From a virus, in IMG/VR virus record IMGVR_UViG_3300033148_008025, positions 32,001-96,000 of that record: a stretch of 64,000 nt of DNA. One strand, written 5' to 3'. Shown piece by piece: positions 36,496-47,075 of this stretch. The notes under the pieces were generated by a model, which saw only the letters and a program-made list of their open reading frames with translations, ran no database searches and was not told where the DNA came from. Both the position numbers and the translations under genes were made by a program. How positions within the stretch are numbered: position 1 is the stretch's first letter; each line of letters begins with the position of its first letter.

Positions 36496-38860
36496 CGATG
36501 TATGGGACCTTCTTCCAACCAAAGACAGGAGCCTGTTTGAAAGCTACTGGTCCGGACTAATCCAGGTTGCATCAGACTTGGAGCAGAAAACCATTGAGGC
36601 CGGGCTTTCAAACGAGATTTCCACTGTTCCCGTGTTCCTTACGGATAGATGGAATCGATACTCGATGGATGAGGAGAACACTGACACGTTTGACGCGTCT
36701 GACAGTCTTACACTTCTGGGGAGCACCCTATCTAGGATGTCAAAGGAAGCTGGTTTTTACGACACACTGAAAGTTTCACTTCCATCAGGGCAGATTGCAC
36801 ACGAAGAAACAATGCAATTCTTCGATCAGTCTGTCCGGCATCTTCGATACGGGAAGATTGTGAAAGGAACGATCTCCATCGTCTCTGGCGATTTCGAATA
36901 TACCCAAAACAGGGACTATGCAATTAACGTTGCCGATGGGTCTATCCAGACCATCAACTCGGGACGGATTCCGATTGATGACATCGTCACAATCCGATAC
37001 CTCCACGAGGAATACACTCGAGGGCTTGACTACGAAATTGACGAGCTTAACTCTGGAGTCTACCGAACAGCCAGTACGGTCATTCCTGACGGAAAGGTAG
37101 TGACAGCAAGCTACTCATACAACAGCACAGCTACGCTTCCGTTGGAAGGTTCTTCCGCTTCCATCAAGGGCGCTGAACTCACGGACCTGTCGAAGGACTT
37201 CAGTACACTTCTTCCAAGCAGAACTCTTACCATTTCCAGTGGGCCAAACTCCGGAGAGTACTCGGTCAATTCAGTTCTCAGTACCAACAAGATACAGATT
37301 TCAACGTCGTTTCCCGTAGACCAAGAAACGGATGTAGTCTATTCGATCAACGCATTTCCGTATGGCCTGAAAATTGACAAGCAAGTCGTATCTATTCCAC
37401 TCATTCAAGACAGAGTAGATCTCCCGTCATCCGTGATGGTAGAGGGCATTGATTACGTTTTGCGCGACGGAATTTTTTCGTGCAGAACCGCATTCAGAAT
37501 AAGTGAACTTGGATCTGAGAGTACTCGGACCAGGCAAATGTGGGCCGAGGTCACAAAGGTCGACAAGGAAACGCCGTATAGGAACTTCGGTGTACTCATA
37601 GACTTCTACCGAAAAAACTCAGACAGCTACAAGCTGGCACTGCAGGGGCTCTGGTACACGTTCTGGACCGGTTCCACGCCTGGAAACCTCGAGAGAGGGT
37701 TGCACATCCTCCTGGGCCTACCATTTGCCAGGAAAGCGGGGACGGTTACCAGGGTGGACTCAACGGCTGGGATTATCGAGATCACAGATGGGCGAGGTCA
37801 GATCATTACCTATACGATTCCGTCTGAGTTGGAGGCCGAGGTCTCGCGCGGCGACGAAGTTTTCAGGTTCCAGCAACTAACAACTGGGGTTGAAATAGTA
37901 GACAGGAACAACTATCCAGGATTTGTTTCAAGCCATATCGGACGAGCAGGAATCCAGCGTTTTTTAACTGACAACGCAACCAGGGGGAGCGGCAGCTCTG
38001 ACGAGACAAGAGCTTTGACGCTGCTTGAAAACCACCTACTGCTTCCCCAGGTACTCGCCTCCGCAGTAACGGAAAGGGTTAACGTTTCTGAACTCACAAC
38101 GTTCCTGGACAACATGAAACCCAGCTGGACTGAGTATGTGTTTTCATTCGCAGTTGAAGAGGATGAGTCTCTTCTCGCAGAAGAGGACCTCGGCCCTGTT
38201 GAGCCGGCGCTCAACCTGACAACGACAATTTCCAACAATGAGTGGAACCAGTCCTACGGGAATGGCAATTTCTCTGTTGAAAGCTCAACGGGGAAAACAA
38301 TTGGAATTGGCAGCATCGCAGCCGGCAACTTTAGCGATATCTCTGGCAACTTTATCGCAAACAATGTCAAGCCTGGGGATTTCCTTCAGATTTTCAACCA
38401 AACATTCAAGGGCTATCACCGAGTAATCGAAGTTTTCAGTCTCAACCTGCTGTCGATTGACATACCAGATTCCGACCTGGCTGAGGAGTTCTCACTTTCG
38501 TATGTCATCATCCCGAAGGAGCGTGCCGGTCTAAACCATGATTCGGTGTGCCTTGCCAGGGAGAACATAATCATGAATGGGTCAGCTTATTCAACCCCGG
38601 CTACACTGAATACAAAAACAGACATAGACTTTTCTGAGACATCTATCGAGGATGACGATGTTCTCTCATTACTTCTGGTCGACATCGGGATCACTGGTGA
38701 CGAGGTCCAGGTCATAACGGCTGCAGATGTCATCAGCCAGGAGTTTTCCGTCGGGACACCCCCTGCGGCACCTATCTCAAGAGATCACCAACTTGCCTCA
38801 ACAGTGCTGAAGAGAACAGATAATAGCGGCCCAACCGTCACAGATGCGTTCGCTATCTAA
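36458..38860 (+). CDS. baseplate wedge protein (gp7/gpI-like)
   Basis: GTG start with GGGGG SD; YKLALQGLW..FW.GST...L.RGL.ILLG.P; position after the J-like gene. Confidence 0.55.
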   Translation: MSVSSAFLWRFLDDVWDLLPTKDRSLFESYWSGLIQVASDLEQKTIEAGLSNEISTVPVFLTDRWNRYSMDEENTDTFDASDSLTLLGSTLSRMSKEAGFYDTLKVSLPSGQIAHEETMQFFDQSVRHLRYGKIVKGTISIVSGDFEYTQNRDYAINVADGSIQTINSGRIPIDDIVTIRYLHEEYTRGLDYEIDELNSGVYRTASTVIPDGKVVTASYSYNSTATLPLEGSSASIKGAELTDLSKDFSTLLPSRTLTISSGPNSGEYSVNSVLSTNKIQISTSFPVDQETDVVYSINAFPYGLKIDKQVVSIPLIQDRVDLPSSVMVEGIDYVLRDGIFSCRTAFRISELGSESTRTRQMWAEVTKVDKETPYRNFGVLIDFYRKNSDSYKLALQGLWYTFWTGSTPGNLERGLHILLGLPFARKAGTVTRVDSTAGIIEITDGRGQIITYTIPSELEAEVSRGDEVFRFQQLTTGVEIVDRNNYPGFVSSHIGRAGIQRFLTDNATRGSGSSDETRALTLLENHLLLPQVLASAVTERVNVSELTTFLDNMKPSWTEYVFSFAVEEDESLLAEEDLGPVEPALNLTTTISNNEWNQSYGNGNFSVESSTGKTIGIGSIAAGNFSDISGNFIANNVKPGDFLQIFNQTFKGYHRVIEVFSLNLLSIDIPDSDLAEEFSLSYVIIPKERAGLNHDSVCLARENIIMNGSAYSTPATLNTKTDIDFSETSIEDDDVLSLLLVDIGITGDEVQVITAADVISQEFSVGTPPAAPISRDHQLASTVLKRTDNSGPTVTDAFAI

Positions 38861-38869
38861 ATCAACAGA

Positions 38870-38899
38870 TTGACGACCTGCCATCGGTCAAACTAGAAT
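38870..38899 (+). promoter_or_regulatory. sigma70-like promoter
   Basis: TTGACG-N18-TAGAAT upstream of 38912. Confidence 0.6.
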
Positions 38900-38911
38900 C
38901 CGAGGAGAATC

Positions 38912-39550
38912 ATGCGCTTGCCCAAATTTCTTAGGTTCCTGGAGCCACAGCAACCATCTCAGCCAGAGAGAGACAAACTCGGGGTTGCCGGACACATCAC
39001 AGTCGAACGACGAGCTGGCAGTGGACCAAGTGAGGTTGTTGTTGACCAAAAAAACTTCATTGTCGATGGCGGGCTGACAGGTGTTCGAGACCTGCTTGCA
39101 GGAGTAAACGGCGGAGGGTTCGCTGGGTCTATTTTCAGAATGGCAATTGGGGATGGAGGCGTTCCCGCGGGAGAGCTATTCAACCCCAAACTCCCAGATT
39201 CAACCTGGCCGACTAGGACGGAGCTTTATCACGAAGTCCTAAGACATGATATTTCCGTTTTCTCCACTCCGACTGACACGTCGATTCGATTCGTTGGAAG
39301 CTTCAACTCGTCAGTAATCGACGACACCAGCTACGACCTGGCCGACAGGGTCATCAATGAAGCATCACTCATCATCGGTGATGGAATCCTAACGATCGGT
39401 GGAGACCCGAAGCAGGTCAACAAGGATACGCCAGACGTTGTAGATGCCGACGAGCTCATGTTTTCAACAAGAACATTCAAATCTGTATCGTTCGACTCCC
39501 TGGAAGATGTCACAGTGACAATCACATGGACAATTACGATTAAATCGTAA
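38912..39550 (+). CDS. baseplate / tail-collar fibre-attachment protein
   Basis: KNFIVDGG...MAIGDGG...T.LYHEV pattern; GAGGAG SD. Confidence 0.55.
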   Translation: MRLPKFLRFLEPQQPSQPERDKLGVAGHITVERRAGSGPSEVVVDQKNFIVDGGLTGVRDLLAGVNGGGFAGSIFRMAIGDGGVPAGELFNPKLPDSTWPTRTELYHEVLRHDISVFSTPTDTSIRFVGSFNSSVIDDTSYDLADRVINEASLIIGDGILTIGGDPKQVNKDTPDVVDADELMFSTRTFKSVSFDSLEDVTVTITWTITIKS

Positions 39551-39562
39551 CGGAGAATCTGC

Positions 39563-41098
39563 ATGCCAAAGCAAACATCATTCCTCAGCCTAATCCTTCC
39601 AGAAAAAAACGAGTTCGTTGACAGCTGGAATGATCCAGTTAACCAGAATTCCGAAGACATCGACTCCTGGATCGAAGACCTTTATGATTCCCTCGTTGGA
39701 ACATCCTCGACTTCGACCTGGTCTTCCCTTCGAGGGAGCCATGGCAGCCTTGCTGCACGGCTAAATGTATCCATCAACAGCGATGGAACAATCAACGTTT
39801 CAAGCTCCCCAGACATACTTGATATGTCAACATCCGAGGTACGAGGGCAATTTAGCGGACCTCGAGACCGGCTGAATGACAGCGATCATCAAATGTTTGA
39901 TGCTCGACAACCAGTCGCTGACGGTCGGTTTTCGCCAATGGCATCGGGCGGCCCTTCCGCAGGTTTCCCAGGGGAAGACCTTGATGCTGGAATGGCCCTA
40001 CGCTCTGCCGACTTCGGCGCTTCCTCTGATTCCCCGCTCGGATCCCCGATGATGCCATCAGCTCCTGGCCTCGTCAGGGGTGGGGCCTCCAGTCTGATTA
40101 CTGGCACAGCCGAACATCAAGTCACGTTTCATGCTGACACTACACCCGCAATCTTCAATATCGACGGATACATTTTCAGGATACGCGAGCAAATCCAACT
40201 AGACTACGCACTTTTATCTCCCGCCGCTGGCAACTACGTTTGGATTTTCGCAGAAAGAAATGATGCATCCTACGGAACATCTAGCTATCGATATAGCCAG
40301 GATGGTGGGTTCGCATCAAAAGATCTTCGTCGACGTCAGGAGGGAAGCGATGGTCTTACCTCTGGCTCGGTGTTCACGTCATCGTCGGCAAAGTTCACAA
40401 CTGCAATTCTTGGCAAGGTAAAAGAGGGGGATACTCTCGTAATCGAAGGCGGCGATGCTGCCGGAAGCTACGTGATTAACGCAATCGACCTGACCAGCAC
40501 AGATACTAAGCTGACGGTCAAAGGAATCTTCAAGGCAGATTTGAGCGGTCTGTCTTGGCATGTACTCGACAATGCAATTCCAAATATTGGTGCTGTCGTT
40601 ACCGACTCAGATCCAACTACGGAGCCACCGTTTGTTGCCGGTAGAGTCTACATTGGTCGAGCACTACACGTCGTTTCTTCCCCGCCAGACCCTGTTGTTC
40701 CGTTTGCCGACTGTGGTGTTTTTGACTCTGGCTGGCAAGCGGTTACTGCTGCAGGTATCGCTGCAAGCGGTGCTTCATACGACCATAACCTTGGGGCAAT
40801 TCCAAGCAGTGTTGAAATTCAGTTTCGAGTAGATCCACAGAGCGATGCATACGAGCCGATAGTACGAAGAACTTTCGTTACAAACGTAACAGGGCTGACT
40901 GACGGAGATGCTGCAGTTGGAAGTATTTCAAACGCAGTGGTTTACATCCCGTCTACTCAGTGGAAGTCATCGAATACAACGTTAGTCGTTTCACTCAAAA
41001 ACTCATTTACCGACCCGTCGGTTGCGGAAGCGCTTTTTACCGATATTTCTGGCGCAGACCAAATAAGCGGGGAGATGCGCGTCATAGCGCGGAGATAG
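39563..41098 (+). CDS. tail fibre / baseplate-associated protein
   Basis: T..L.L..P......W..P.N.N...ID fibre-type N-terminus; beta-rich. Confidence 0.55.
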   Translation: MPKQTSFLSLILPEKNEFVDSWNDPVNQNSEDIDSWIEDLYDSLVGTSSTSTWSSLRGSHGSLAARLNVSINSDGTINVSSSPDILDMSTSEVRGQFSGPRDRLNDSDHQMFDARQPVADGRFSPMASGGPSAGFPGEDLDAGMALRSADFGASSDSPLGSPMMPSAPGLVRGGASSLITGTAEHQVTFHADTTPAIFNIDGYIFRIREQIQLDYALLSPAAGNYVWIFAERNDASYGTSSYRYSQDGGFASKDLRRRQEGSDGLTSGSVFTSSSAKFTTAILGKVKEGDTLVIEGGDAAGSYVINAIDLTSTDTKLTVKGIFKADLSGLSWHVLDNAIPNIGAVVTDSDPTTEPPFVAGRVYIGRALHVVSSPPDPVVPFADCGVFDSGWQAVTAAGIAASGASYDHNLGAIPSSVEIQFRVDPQSDAYEPIVRRTFVTNVTGLTDGDAAVGSISNAVVYIPSTQWKSSNTTLVVSLKNSFTDPSVAEALFTDISGADQISGEMRVIARR

Positions 41099-41101
41099 TT
41101 C

Positions 41102-44100
41102 ATGGCAACGCAGGTAACAACAGCATCCAGCAAGACTGTTTCGTTCAAGTCTCCGTATACGGGATCTACGTTTCAGAAACTGGTAGAGGAACTGCTCGGT
41201 CAGGATGGATATCTTTCGGGAGGCCTGACATCCGACAACGGAGCAACAATCACCGTCGAAGCGTTTAAGTTTGTTTCTAGGGGGATCATAGGTGAATCCC
41301 TTGCAAGCTCGGCATTGGACGTTCCGACATCCTCTGAGAATTGGTACATCGTCGCTTCACTTCCAGACGATGATCCGGACTCCGGTATTGTCGTGTGGGT
41401 CACCACCAGTAGAGCCGCTGCTGCAAATGGCGTAGTTATAGCCACCAAAACTGGTGATGTCTGGAGGAACCCAGACGGCGTTGATATCAAGGCTGCGCTA
41501 GAACGTCCCACTGAGCCTGGGCCAGAATCCGGATTCACAGGAACATATCGAAACACCGGGGACGTTTACGACTCAGCGGATGGAACAACAGTTGTAGATC
41601 TAATTATGGCCAACAGAGGTTTGGCCGTTCACCCGCTTGGGGGGCGAAGGGTTACAGATCCTATCGCAGGGGAAAGTGCACGACACCTAGAGTCATCTCC
41701 TGTCCCCGCTTCAATTATTGGCAATCGATCTGATCGCATTGTTCTCCGACAGAGAGAGGCGTTTTCGTCGGAGGTTGCTTATCTCGTTGGAGGGATGAGC
41801 AATGAAATCAACCAGACGATTACCGCACTTGGAACTGGTGATGGACATTCTCATTGGCACGGGGAATCGAGTGGTGCACTTGCCGATCAGTGGATGGTCT
41901 GGGGCGACGGGTCTGACTTACACAACTACGGTCCATTTGGAAACCTAACGCTACTTACCGGTGGAGCAACAATCGGTGAAGTAAAAATCCTAGGGCAACG
42001 CGATTCCGACGGAGCCCTTATCGTTGTCTATATCGACGGATCAGATCTCAGGATGGTTTCATTCCATCCAACTACTGGTGCAATCGTAAATGCATCAATT
42101 GCACTAGAGGCACTTGGAAGTGTGGTTTTGAGGTTTGATGCGACGCTGGATCAGGAAGAAAAAGTTCGAGTAGTATTTGAATACGACGATGGAACATCGC
42201 CCAGTCAACAGATTTACTACGGGAAATTCAATACAGCGACAGCTTCATTCGGCGTAGCTGAAAGAACCCCTAGATATCTTGAACTGGCAAACAGCGGTTT
42301 CAATGATACCAAGCCAGAAATTCAAATATGTAGGAATGGGATTTCACACATTGTTTTCATTCGCGGAGTTGGCACTGACGAATTTGGCAGTATGCGCTAT
42401 GTTCGCCTCGACCAGAACGATAATGTTTTAGATGGTCGAACGTACTCCGCTGCCACAGAGGTTGGTACGCCAGATTCCCAGGTTGAGGTTGGCATCGGCC
42501 CGGAGGCCTACGACGACTTCGAACTGCTTTCACTTACCGTTACTCCACATGATGAGGTTTTTGCTGCTGTAGGCGTGCGACCAGTCGGCCAAACATCCCC
42601 ACAAGGGCTCTTGCTATTCAGTCCAGACCTTGAAGATCGGACGGGGTATCCGTTTGTAACGATTCCCCAGTCAAGCGGTGCAGTAGAACGAGACTCTATC
42701 GGAATCACGCATGGTGACGGTGGGGAACTCTACGTATCGTCGATGCTCACTACTGATAAGATCCTGACAACCCATATCAGCCCGAAGCCGGGAATCAGTG
42801 GGGTGGCCGACTTCATTGTCGGGGAATCAAGCGGTGGCGAAGACTCTGTTGCTAACACGTCGATTGGAATGCTTACCGTTGGATTTGGCCCAACAGGAGA
42901 GCTTATTTACGTCTACGACAAGGGAGCCAACGGGATCACAAGAGATCGACGATCGGCTATAGCCAATGTTGTCCCGAGCCTCCATCCAAACGATGTTCTG
43001 CTTCAGACGGTAAGTATCGAGCAAAGTGCTGTTGGAGCAGTAACGGAGGGGTCGGTTGAGGTTCTGCAATCTCGACAAAAAGGAACAAAGCTGCCGGTCG
43101 TCATTGGACAAGAAGGTGACTACCAGGGATACGGTTCACTGGAAAGCGCACTTGCTGCACTCAGTGAAAGCGGAGGGGGGCAGGCCATTCTTCGCGGAGG
43201 CGTACATAAAACCAATGCAGCAACCCTCGAGGTCCCGGCCAACGTCTCGCTGTCTGGGCAGCCTGGAGCCGTCGTGGATGGCTCTATCAGCGTCAAGGGG
43301 TTGGGGGTGGGAGCTGTCACTATGTTTGGCAGCGTTATGGAAAGTGCTACAGACTTTTCCGCCTACGCCAATCCCGGTGGATGGGTCTTCCTAAGCGGAA
43401 CCGGTGGGACCGGATGGCACAGGATCAGGAAGGTTCTTCGCAACCCAGCAACCGGATCCAGGGCATTGCTTGATGATGGTATTGGAGGTGTAACTCCTGT
43501 TGGAACGATTGCAGAGATTGTTGCTTCGAACATCTCTCTTGAGAACATTGCAATCCTTGGAAACCTCACAGTTGACAGATGTAGGCAGTGCGTCTTCCGC
43601 AACATATCGCTGATATCTGACACAGCGGTGATTAGCAGCAACCTTACTTACCAGTCGCTGTTTGACAACGTCGACCTAACGCAGGCCGCTGCGAGTGGCA
43701 GTGCTCTTGTTGCTAGTAACGGTGAATACAACACCTACCAAGGCATTAGACTTTCGGACACTCGAGGACTTATTGAGATTGCCGACAGCGAACAGCACCC
43801 AACGCTGATTGCTTGCAAGGGCGACGAGTCAAATTCCGCACTCGCCATCTACGACCTGACTGGAACCAGGACAACGCCAGCAAAGGTGATTGGATGCGAG
43901 GGGCGCTTTGCAGCAACAAACCTTGATTGGATTGTGTCCAATATTGGAAGTGTCGTTCGCTCCGGCGAAGGGCTGGGGGCCATGAGGCTTGAGGATGACG
44001 GAACCAGAGCCGCGGGTGGTGATGGTGCCATATCTCTCACGGGCGTTAGCGGAAACTTCAACGGAAGCTCTCCGGGGGCTCTTACCGATTCGGTCAATGA

Positions 44101-44998
44101 GCGAATTAAGGCTGCAGGCGACACCATGTCTGGGAATCTGGTAATGGGTGCCAGTATTGTTACAGACGGAACAAAGCGCACACTCGGAGGTTCGTCTGGA
44201 AACGACACGGACAAGTTTGACATCCATGCAGATGACATTCACATACGAAAAGATTTACACCTTAGGAGCAATGGTGGGGGACATGATATCTACGGACTGA
44301 ACGGCTTGCCGTGGCAGGTGTTCAACCCTCATGGCGTGATTGAATCGAGGGGTCCAATACATCATGACGAATTCATGCGACCGCTGGATGCTGGTGGGGG
44401 GGGGAGTTTTTGGGTAAGTGCAACTGCTGGTGCTACGAGTCCTGGCTCTGTTCTTAGGCTACAGTGTGATACCGCGGACAATGATCTGCAGGAGGTTAGA
44501 AGCTACAACTCAGTCGACGGAACAGTTCTGCCTGGCTTTAGTACGAGCCTGAAAATGAAGACTGCAACGACTGATAGGCTAGACCTCGTTGGCTGGCATG
44601 AGAACGTAAATGTTTTTTCTGTTCAGAGGGATACGGACATAAGCAATAACTGGTTTATAAATTTCAGAGACGGTGGCGGAACGGACCAATCAATAGATAC
44701 TGGAATATCATTCGTAAGCCTGAACAATTGGATCTACTTGTCATTGCTCATGATAGGCAGTTCTATGGTGATTTTCAGAATTGGCGATACTCAAAAGTGG
44801 GCTGGGGGGGTTGGCTTCCTCTACGAAAGCGCATCTCTTCCTGGAACGGGGACTATTGAGCAGTCATCCAATGAATGGGATTTTCGACACAGATGCATAA
44901 ACAGAGCTCCAATGGTTACTGGATCCGAAGCCCTGTATGGATTCCTTACAGTCCACTGCAGGGACCGTCCCGATGGGGCAACCGGAAACCAGGGGTAG
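41102..44998 (+). CDS. tail spike/fibre with probable propeller-like and beta-helix regions
   Basis: GDYQGYGSLESALAAL..GGG..ILRGG.H typical beta-helix entry; beta-strand repeats; 1298 aa. Confidence 0.6.
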   Translation: MATQVTTASSKTVSFKSPYTGSTFQKLVEELLGQDGYLSGGLTSDNGATITVEAFKFVSRGIIGESLASSALDVPTSSENWYIVASLPDDDPDSGIVVWVTTSRAAAANGVVIATKTGDVWRNPDGVDIKAALERPTEPGPESGFTGTYRNTGDVYDSADGTTVVDLIMANRGLAVHPLGGRRVTDPIAGESARHLESSPVPASIIGNRSDRIVLRQREAFSSEVAYLVGGMSNEINQTITALGTGDGHSHWHGESSGALADQWMVWGDGSDLHNYGPFGNLTLLTGGATIGEVKILGQRDSDGALIVVYIDGSDLRMVSFHPTTGAIVNASIALEALGSVVLRFDATLDQEEKVRVVFEYDDGTSPSQQIYYGKFNTATASFGVAERTPRYLELANSGFNDTKPEIQICRNGISHIVFIRGVGTDEFGSMRYVRLDQNDNVLDGRTYSAATEVGTPDSQVEVGIGPEAYDDFELLSLTVTPHDEVFAAVGVRPVGQTSPQGLLLFSPDLEDRTGYPFVTIPQSSGAVERDSIGITHGDGGELYVSSMLTTDKILTTHISPKPGISGVADFIVGESSGGEDSVANTSIGMLTVGFGPTGELIYVYDKGANGITRDRRSAIANVVPSLHPNDVLLQTVSIEQSAVGAVTEGSVEVLQSRQKGTKLPVVIGQEGDYQGYGSLESALAALSESGGGQAILRGGVHKTNAATLEVPANVSLSGQPGAVVDGSISVKGLGVGAVTMFGSVMESATDFSAYANPGGWVFLSGTGGTGWHRIRKVLRNPATGSRALLDDGIGGVTPVGTIAEIVASNISLENIAILGNLTVDRCRQCVFRNISLISDTAVISSNLTYQSLFDNVDLTQAAASGSALVASNGEYNTYQGIRLSDTRGLIEIADSEQHPTLIACKGDESNSALAIYDLTGTRTTPAKVIGCEGRFAATNLDWIVSNIGSVVRSGEGLGAMRLEDDGTRAAGGDGAISLTGVSGNFNGSSPGALTDSVNERIKAAGDTMSGNLVMGASIVTDGTKRTLGGSSGNDTDKFDIHADDIHIRKDLHLRSNGGGHDIYGLNGLPWQVFNPHGVIESRGPIHHDEFMRPLDAGGGGSFWVSATAGATSPGSVLRLQCDTADNDLQEVRSYNSVDGTVLPGFSTSLKMKTATTDRLDLVGWHENVNVFSVQRDTDISNNWFINFRDGGGTDQSIDTGISFVSLNNWIYLSLLMIGSSMVIFRIGDTQKWAGGVGFLYESASLPGTGTIEQSSNEWDFRHRCINRAPMVTGSEALYGFLTVHCRDRPDGATGNQG

Positions 44999-45001
44999 TC
45001 G

Positions 45002-45316
45002 ATGAGCGAAGATAGAGAAGAATTCAAACTCGGTGAGGACATGAAGGCAGGGCTTGACGAAGCCGATCGCTGGGTCAAAACCGCGTCCTCCGAACTCGGT
45101 CTAGCCTACCTTGAGTATGAAGATGCTAAACTCAGATTTGAAGTGGCAAGTGGGAGGTTGAATAACCTCGGCGTTGCAACGCGCAAAGCAGAAATTCAGC
45201 GCAGCCATGTTCTGGCTAAAATGTCAGCAATGCTAAATCTTGGCCCTGGGGAATGGGTATACGATGGCATTGATAAGCTTGTGAGAAAGGATGCTCCTGA
45301 TGCAAAGTCGTCATAG
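45002..45316 (+). CDS. coiled-coil protein, possible fibre chaperone
   Basis: Directly follows the fibre gene; heptad pattern. Confidence 0.55.
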   Translation: MSEDREEFKLGEDMKAGLDEADRWVKTASSELGLAYLEYEDAKLRFEVASGRLNNLGVATRKAEIQRSHVLAKMSAMLNLGPGEWVYDGIDKLVRKDAPDAKSS

Positions 45317-45920
45317 TCGCGGTTCAACCGCTCGTATTTTCATGGAAATCATCAGCTCTGGGGCTGGCGTTGTCGGACTATCTCCAACTGTCGCAATCCA
45401 GCGACGAGCCGACGGCTATTGGCTACAGGGGGCAGACGGGGCATGGGTTCCAACCAAGGTTGAAAACGCTATGACTGCAACGGATGTTGCAAACCTTCCA
45501 GGGCTCTATCATTTTGATTTTGATCAATCGCTGGACATCCTTGCCGGTTCCTCTGAGTACACCGTAAAGAAAACAAACATTGCGACCACGCCAGCCCAGG
45601 CCTACGAGGACCTCGCATTTGGCCCGATGTCAGGCGTTTCGGAGATCGGACTATGCTCCGTACAGGGAACCGTCGCAGGCGCTCAGGGGGGACCTGTGTC
45701 AAACGTTCTGATACGAGCCACCCTTGTTCCAATCAAGGTTGATTCTCTTGCTAGGGCCGTGCAGGCGGACACGGTTGCAACGACTTACACTGATGCTCAG
45801 GGCGACTTTGATTTGCCGCTAGTCATCGGAGGTACCTTTCGGCTCGAAATCGACGGAGTTGGGTATGATCGGCGAGTTTTGATTCCAGAACAATCGTCTG
45901 TACTGTTTTCGGATTTGTAG
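45300..45920 (+). CDS. virion protein with carboxypeptidase-regulatory/prealbumin-like fold (start uncertain)
   Basis: CSVQGTV...G.PVSNV.I.A...TDAQGDF.L.L; paralogous to 46737..47036. Confidence 0.6.
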   Translation: MQSRHSRGSTARIFMEIISSGAGVVGLSPTVAIQRRADGYWLQGADGAWVPTKVENAMTATDVANLPGLYHFDFDQSLDILAGSSEYTVKKTNIATTPAQAYEDLAFGPMSGVSEIGLCSVQGTVAGAQGGPVSNVLIRATLVPIKVDSLARAVQADTVATTYTDAQGDFDLPLVIGGTFRLEIDGVGYDRRVLIPEQSSVLFSDL

Positions 45921-45945
45921 TTCTGCATGATACCCTTTTACGGCA

Positions 45946-46176
45946 ATGCCAGACCAGGGAGCCACAAGTTTTATCAGGGAGTTTGGTTTCCCAATATTTG
46001 TGGTTGTCTGGTTTATGTGGCGAATGGAAAAGCGATTAGACCGCTTTCTCGAGCTTTTGACATCGTTGATGAAAGCCACAGCTTTGTTGGCAAAATCAAT
46101 CGACCATATGGACTCTGACAATGTACTGCCAGCGCCGGACAGCGACGATGGCAGCCAGGACGAGGATACCGAATGA
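45946..46176 (+). CDS. small membrane protein, YvrJ/holin-like
   Basis: FGFPIFVVVWFMWRMEKRLD pattern. Confidence 0.55.
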   Translation: MPDQGATSFIREFGFPIFVVVWFMWRMEKRLDRFLELLTSLMKATALLAKSIDHMDSDNVLPAPDSDDGSQDEDTE

Positions 46177-46424
46177 GTGGATCGCTTCTTTCTTTTCTTG
46201 CCTGGTGCCTCATGATGTTGGCGATAATTGGAGTCATGCTATATCTTGGACGCAAATCCAGGCGACGTGACAGCAAGGTCGAAGATGTTGCATCGGAAGC
46301 ACTTCCGCAAATAGGAATCATCGCAGACTCTTGTCATGAGAAGCGGTTTGGGAGTCGCCCATGTAAGGACGGCAAGGACGCATGGTATCCAGCTGCTAAA
46401 AAAAAACGATTCAAGCACGCATGA
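46173..46424 (+). CDS. single-TM membrane protein
   Basis: N-terminal hydrophobic helix and basic tail; ATGA overlap. Confidence 0.55.
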   Translation: MSGSLLSFLAWCLMMLAIIGVMLYLGRKSRRRDSKVEDVASEALPQIGIIADSCHEKRFGSRPCKDGKDAWYPAAKKKRFKHA

Positions 46425-46433
46425 AGAAAACGA

Positions 46434-46727
46434 ATGGACACGCTGTACTACATACTCTCGGTGATCAGTGCAGCTCTGTGGATTCCGATTCTCACCAAGT
46501 TTTATAAGAGCTGGTATGCCAGGCAGAATCCAGTAAGCCTTGCAATCTGCTCATTGATCCTCCTTATTCTCTGGATGGCGGCTGCCGGTGTCTGGATCTT
46601 CTCCAGCGACGTTAGCCAAGAGCTGATCACGGTATGTTCATCTGGGCTATCAGCCATGGTTGCGATTGTCTTCCATGTTGCATTTTACTGGTCCGATCAT
46701 AGATTCACTGACTCCAGGTCTGGATAG
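46434..46727 (+). CDS. three-TM membrane protein, possible holin
   Basis: Three hydrophobic helices in 97 aa. Confidence 0.55.
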   Translation: MDTLYYILSVISAALWIPILTKFYKSWYARQNPVSLAICSLILLILWMAAAGVWIFSSDVSQELITVCSSGLSAMVAIVFHVAFYWSDHRFTDSRSG

Positions 46728-46736
46728 GATAGTAGA

Positions 46737-47036
46737 ATGGCAGCTCCAGCAACATGCGATATAAGCGGGACCGTCTACCGTGGAGACGGTGTCGCCGTGG
46801 AAGGCGCTACAGTCAAGGCATCGATTCATTCAACGGCTGATGACATGGGGGGACAGTTTGTTGACATGAATGGAATCTCTTCCAGCCCTGTCGAAGCCTT
46901 CACCGATGACACTGGTTCATTCACTATTACCCTGGCCCAGGGAGGAGTGTTTCTGCTAGAGATACCTGAGATCAGCCTCCGAAAAGAAGTCGTGGTTCCA
47001 GCTTTACCATCAGCGCTTCTCGCCGACATAGTCTAA
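46737..47036 (+). CDS. small prealbumin-like fold virion protein
   Basis: CDISGTV...G.AVEGATV.A...TDDTGSF.I.L; paralog of the 45300 C-terminal half. Confidence 0.6.
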   Translation: MAAPATCDISGTVYRGDGVAVEGATVKASIHSTADDMGGQFVDMNGISSSPVEAFTDDTGSFTITLAQGGVFLLEIPEISLRKEVVVPALPSALLADIV

Positions 47037-47073
47037 AAAAAAAGCAGGGTCCACAATGGATCCTGCCTTTTCT
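47035..47073. terminator. bidirectional Rho-independent terminator
   Basis: A-tract, stem GCAGGGTCCA/TGGATCCTGC, then CTTTTCT; between convergent genes. Confidence 0.8.
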
Positions 47074-47075
47074 CC

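Noticed and set aside
39563-45316. TAG stop-codon recoding or readthrough, suggested by in-frame TAG-NNN-ATG junctions at 41098 and 44998
   Set aside because: Long genes are intact under the standard code, many TAG junctions are out of frame or followed by a second stop (25905-25910), and one in three junctions is in frame by chance.
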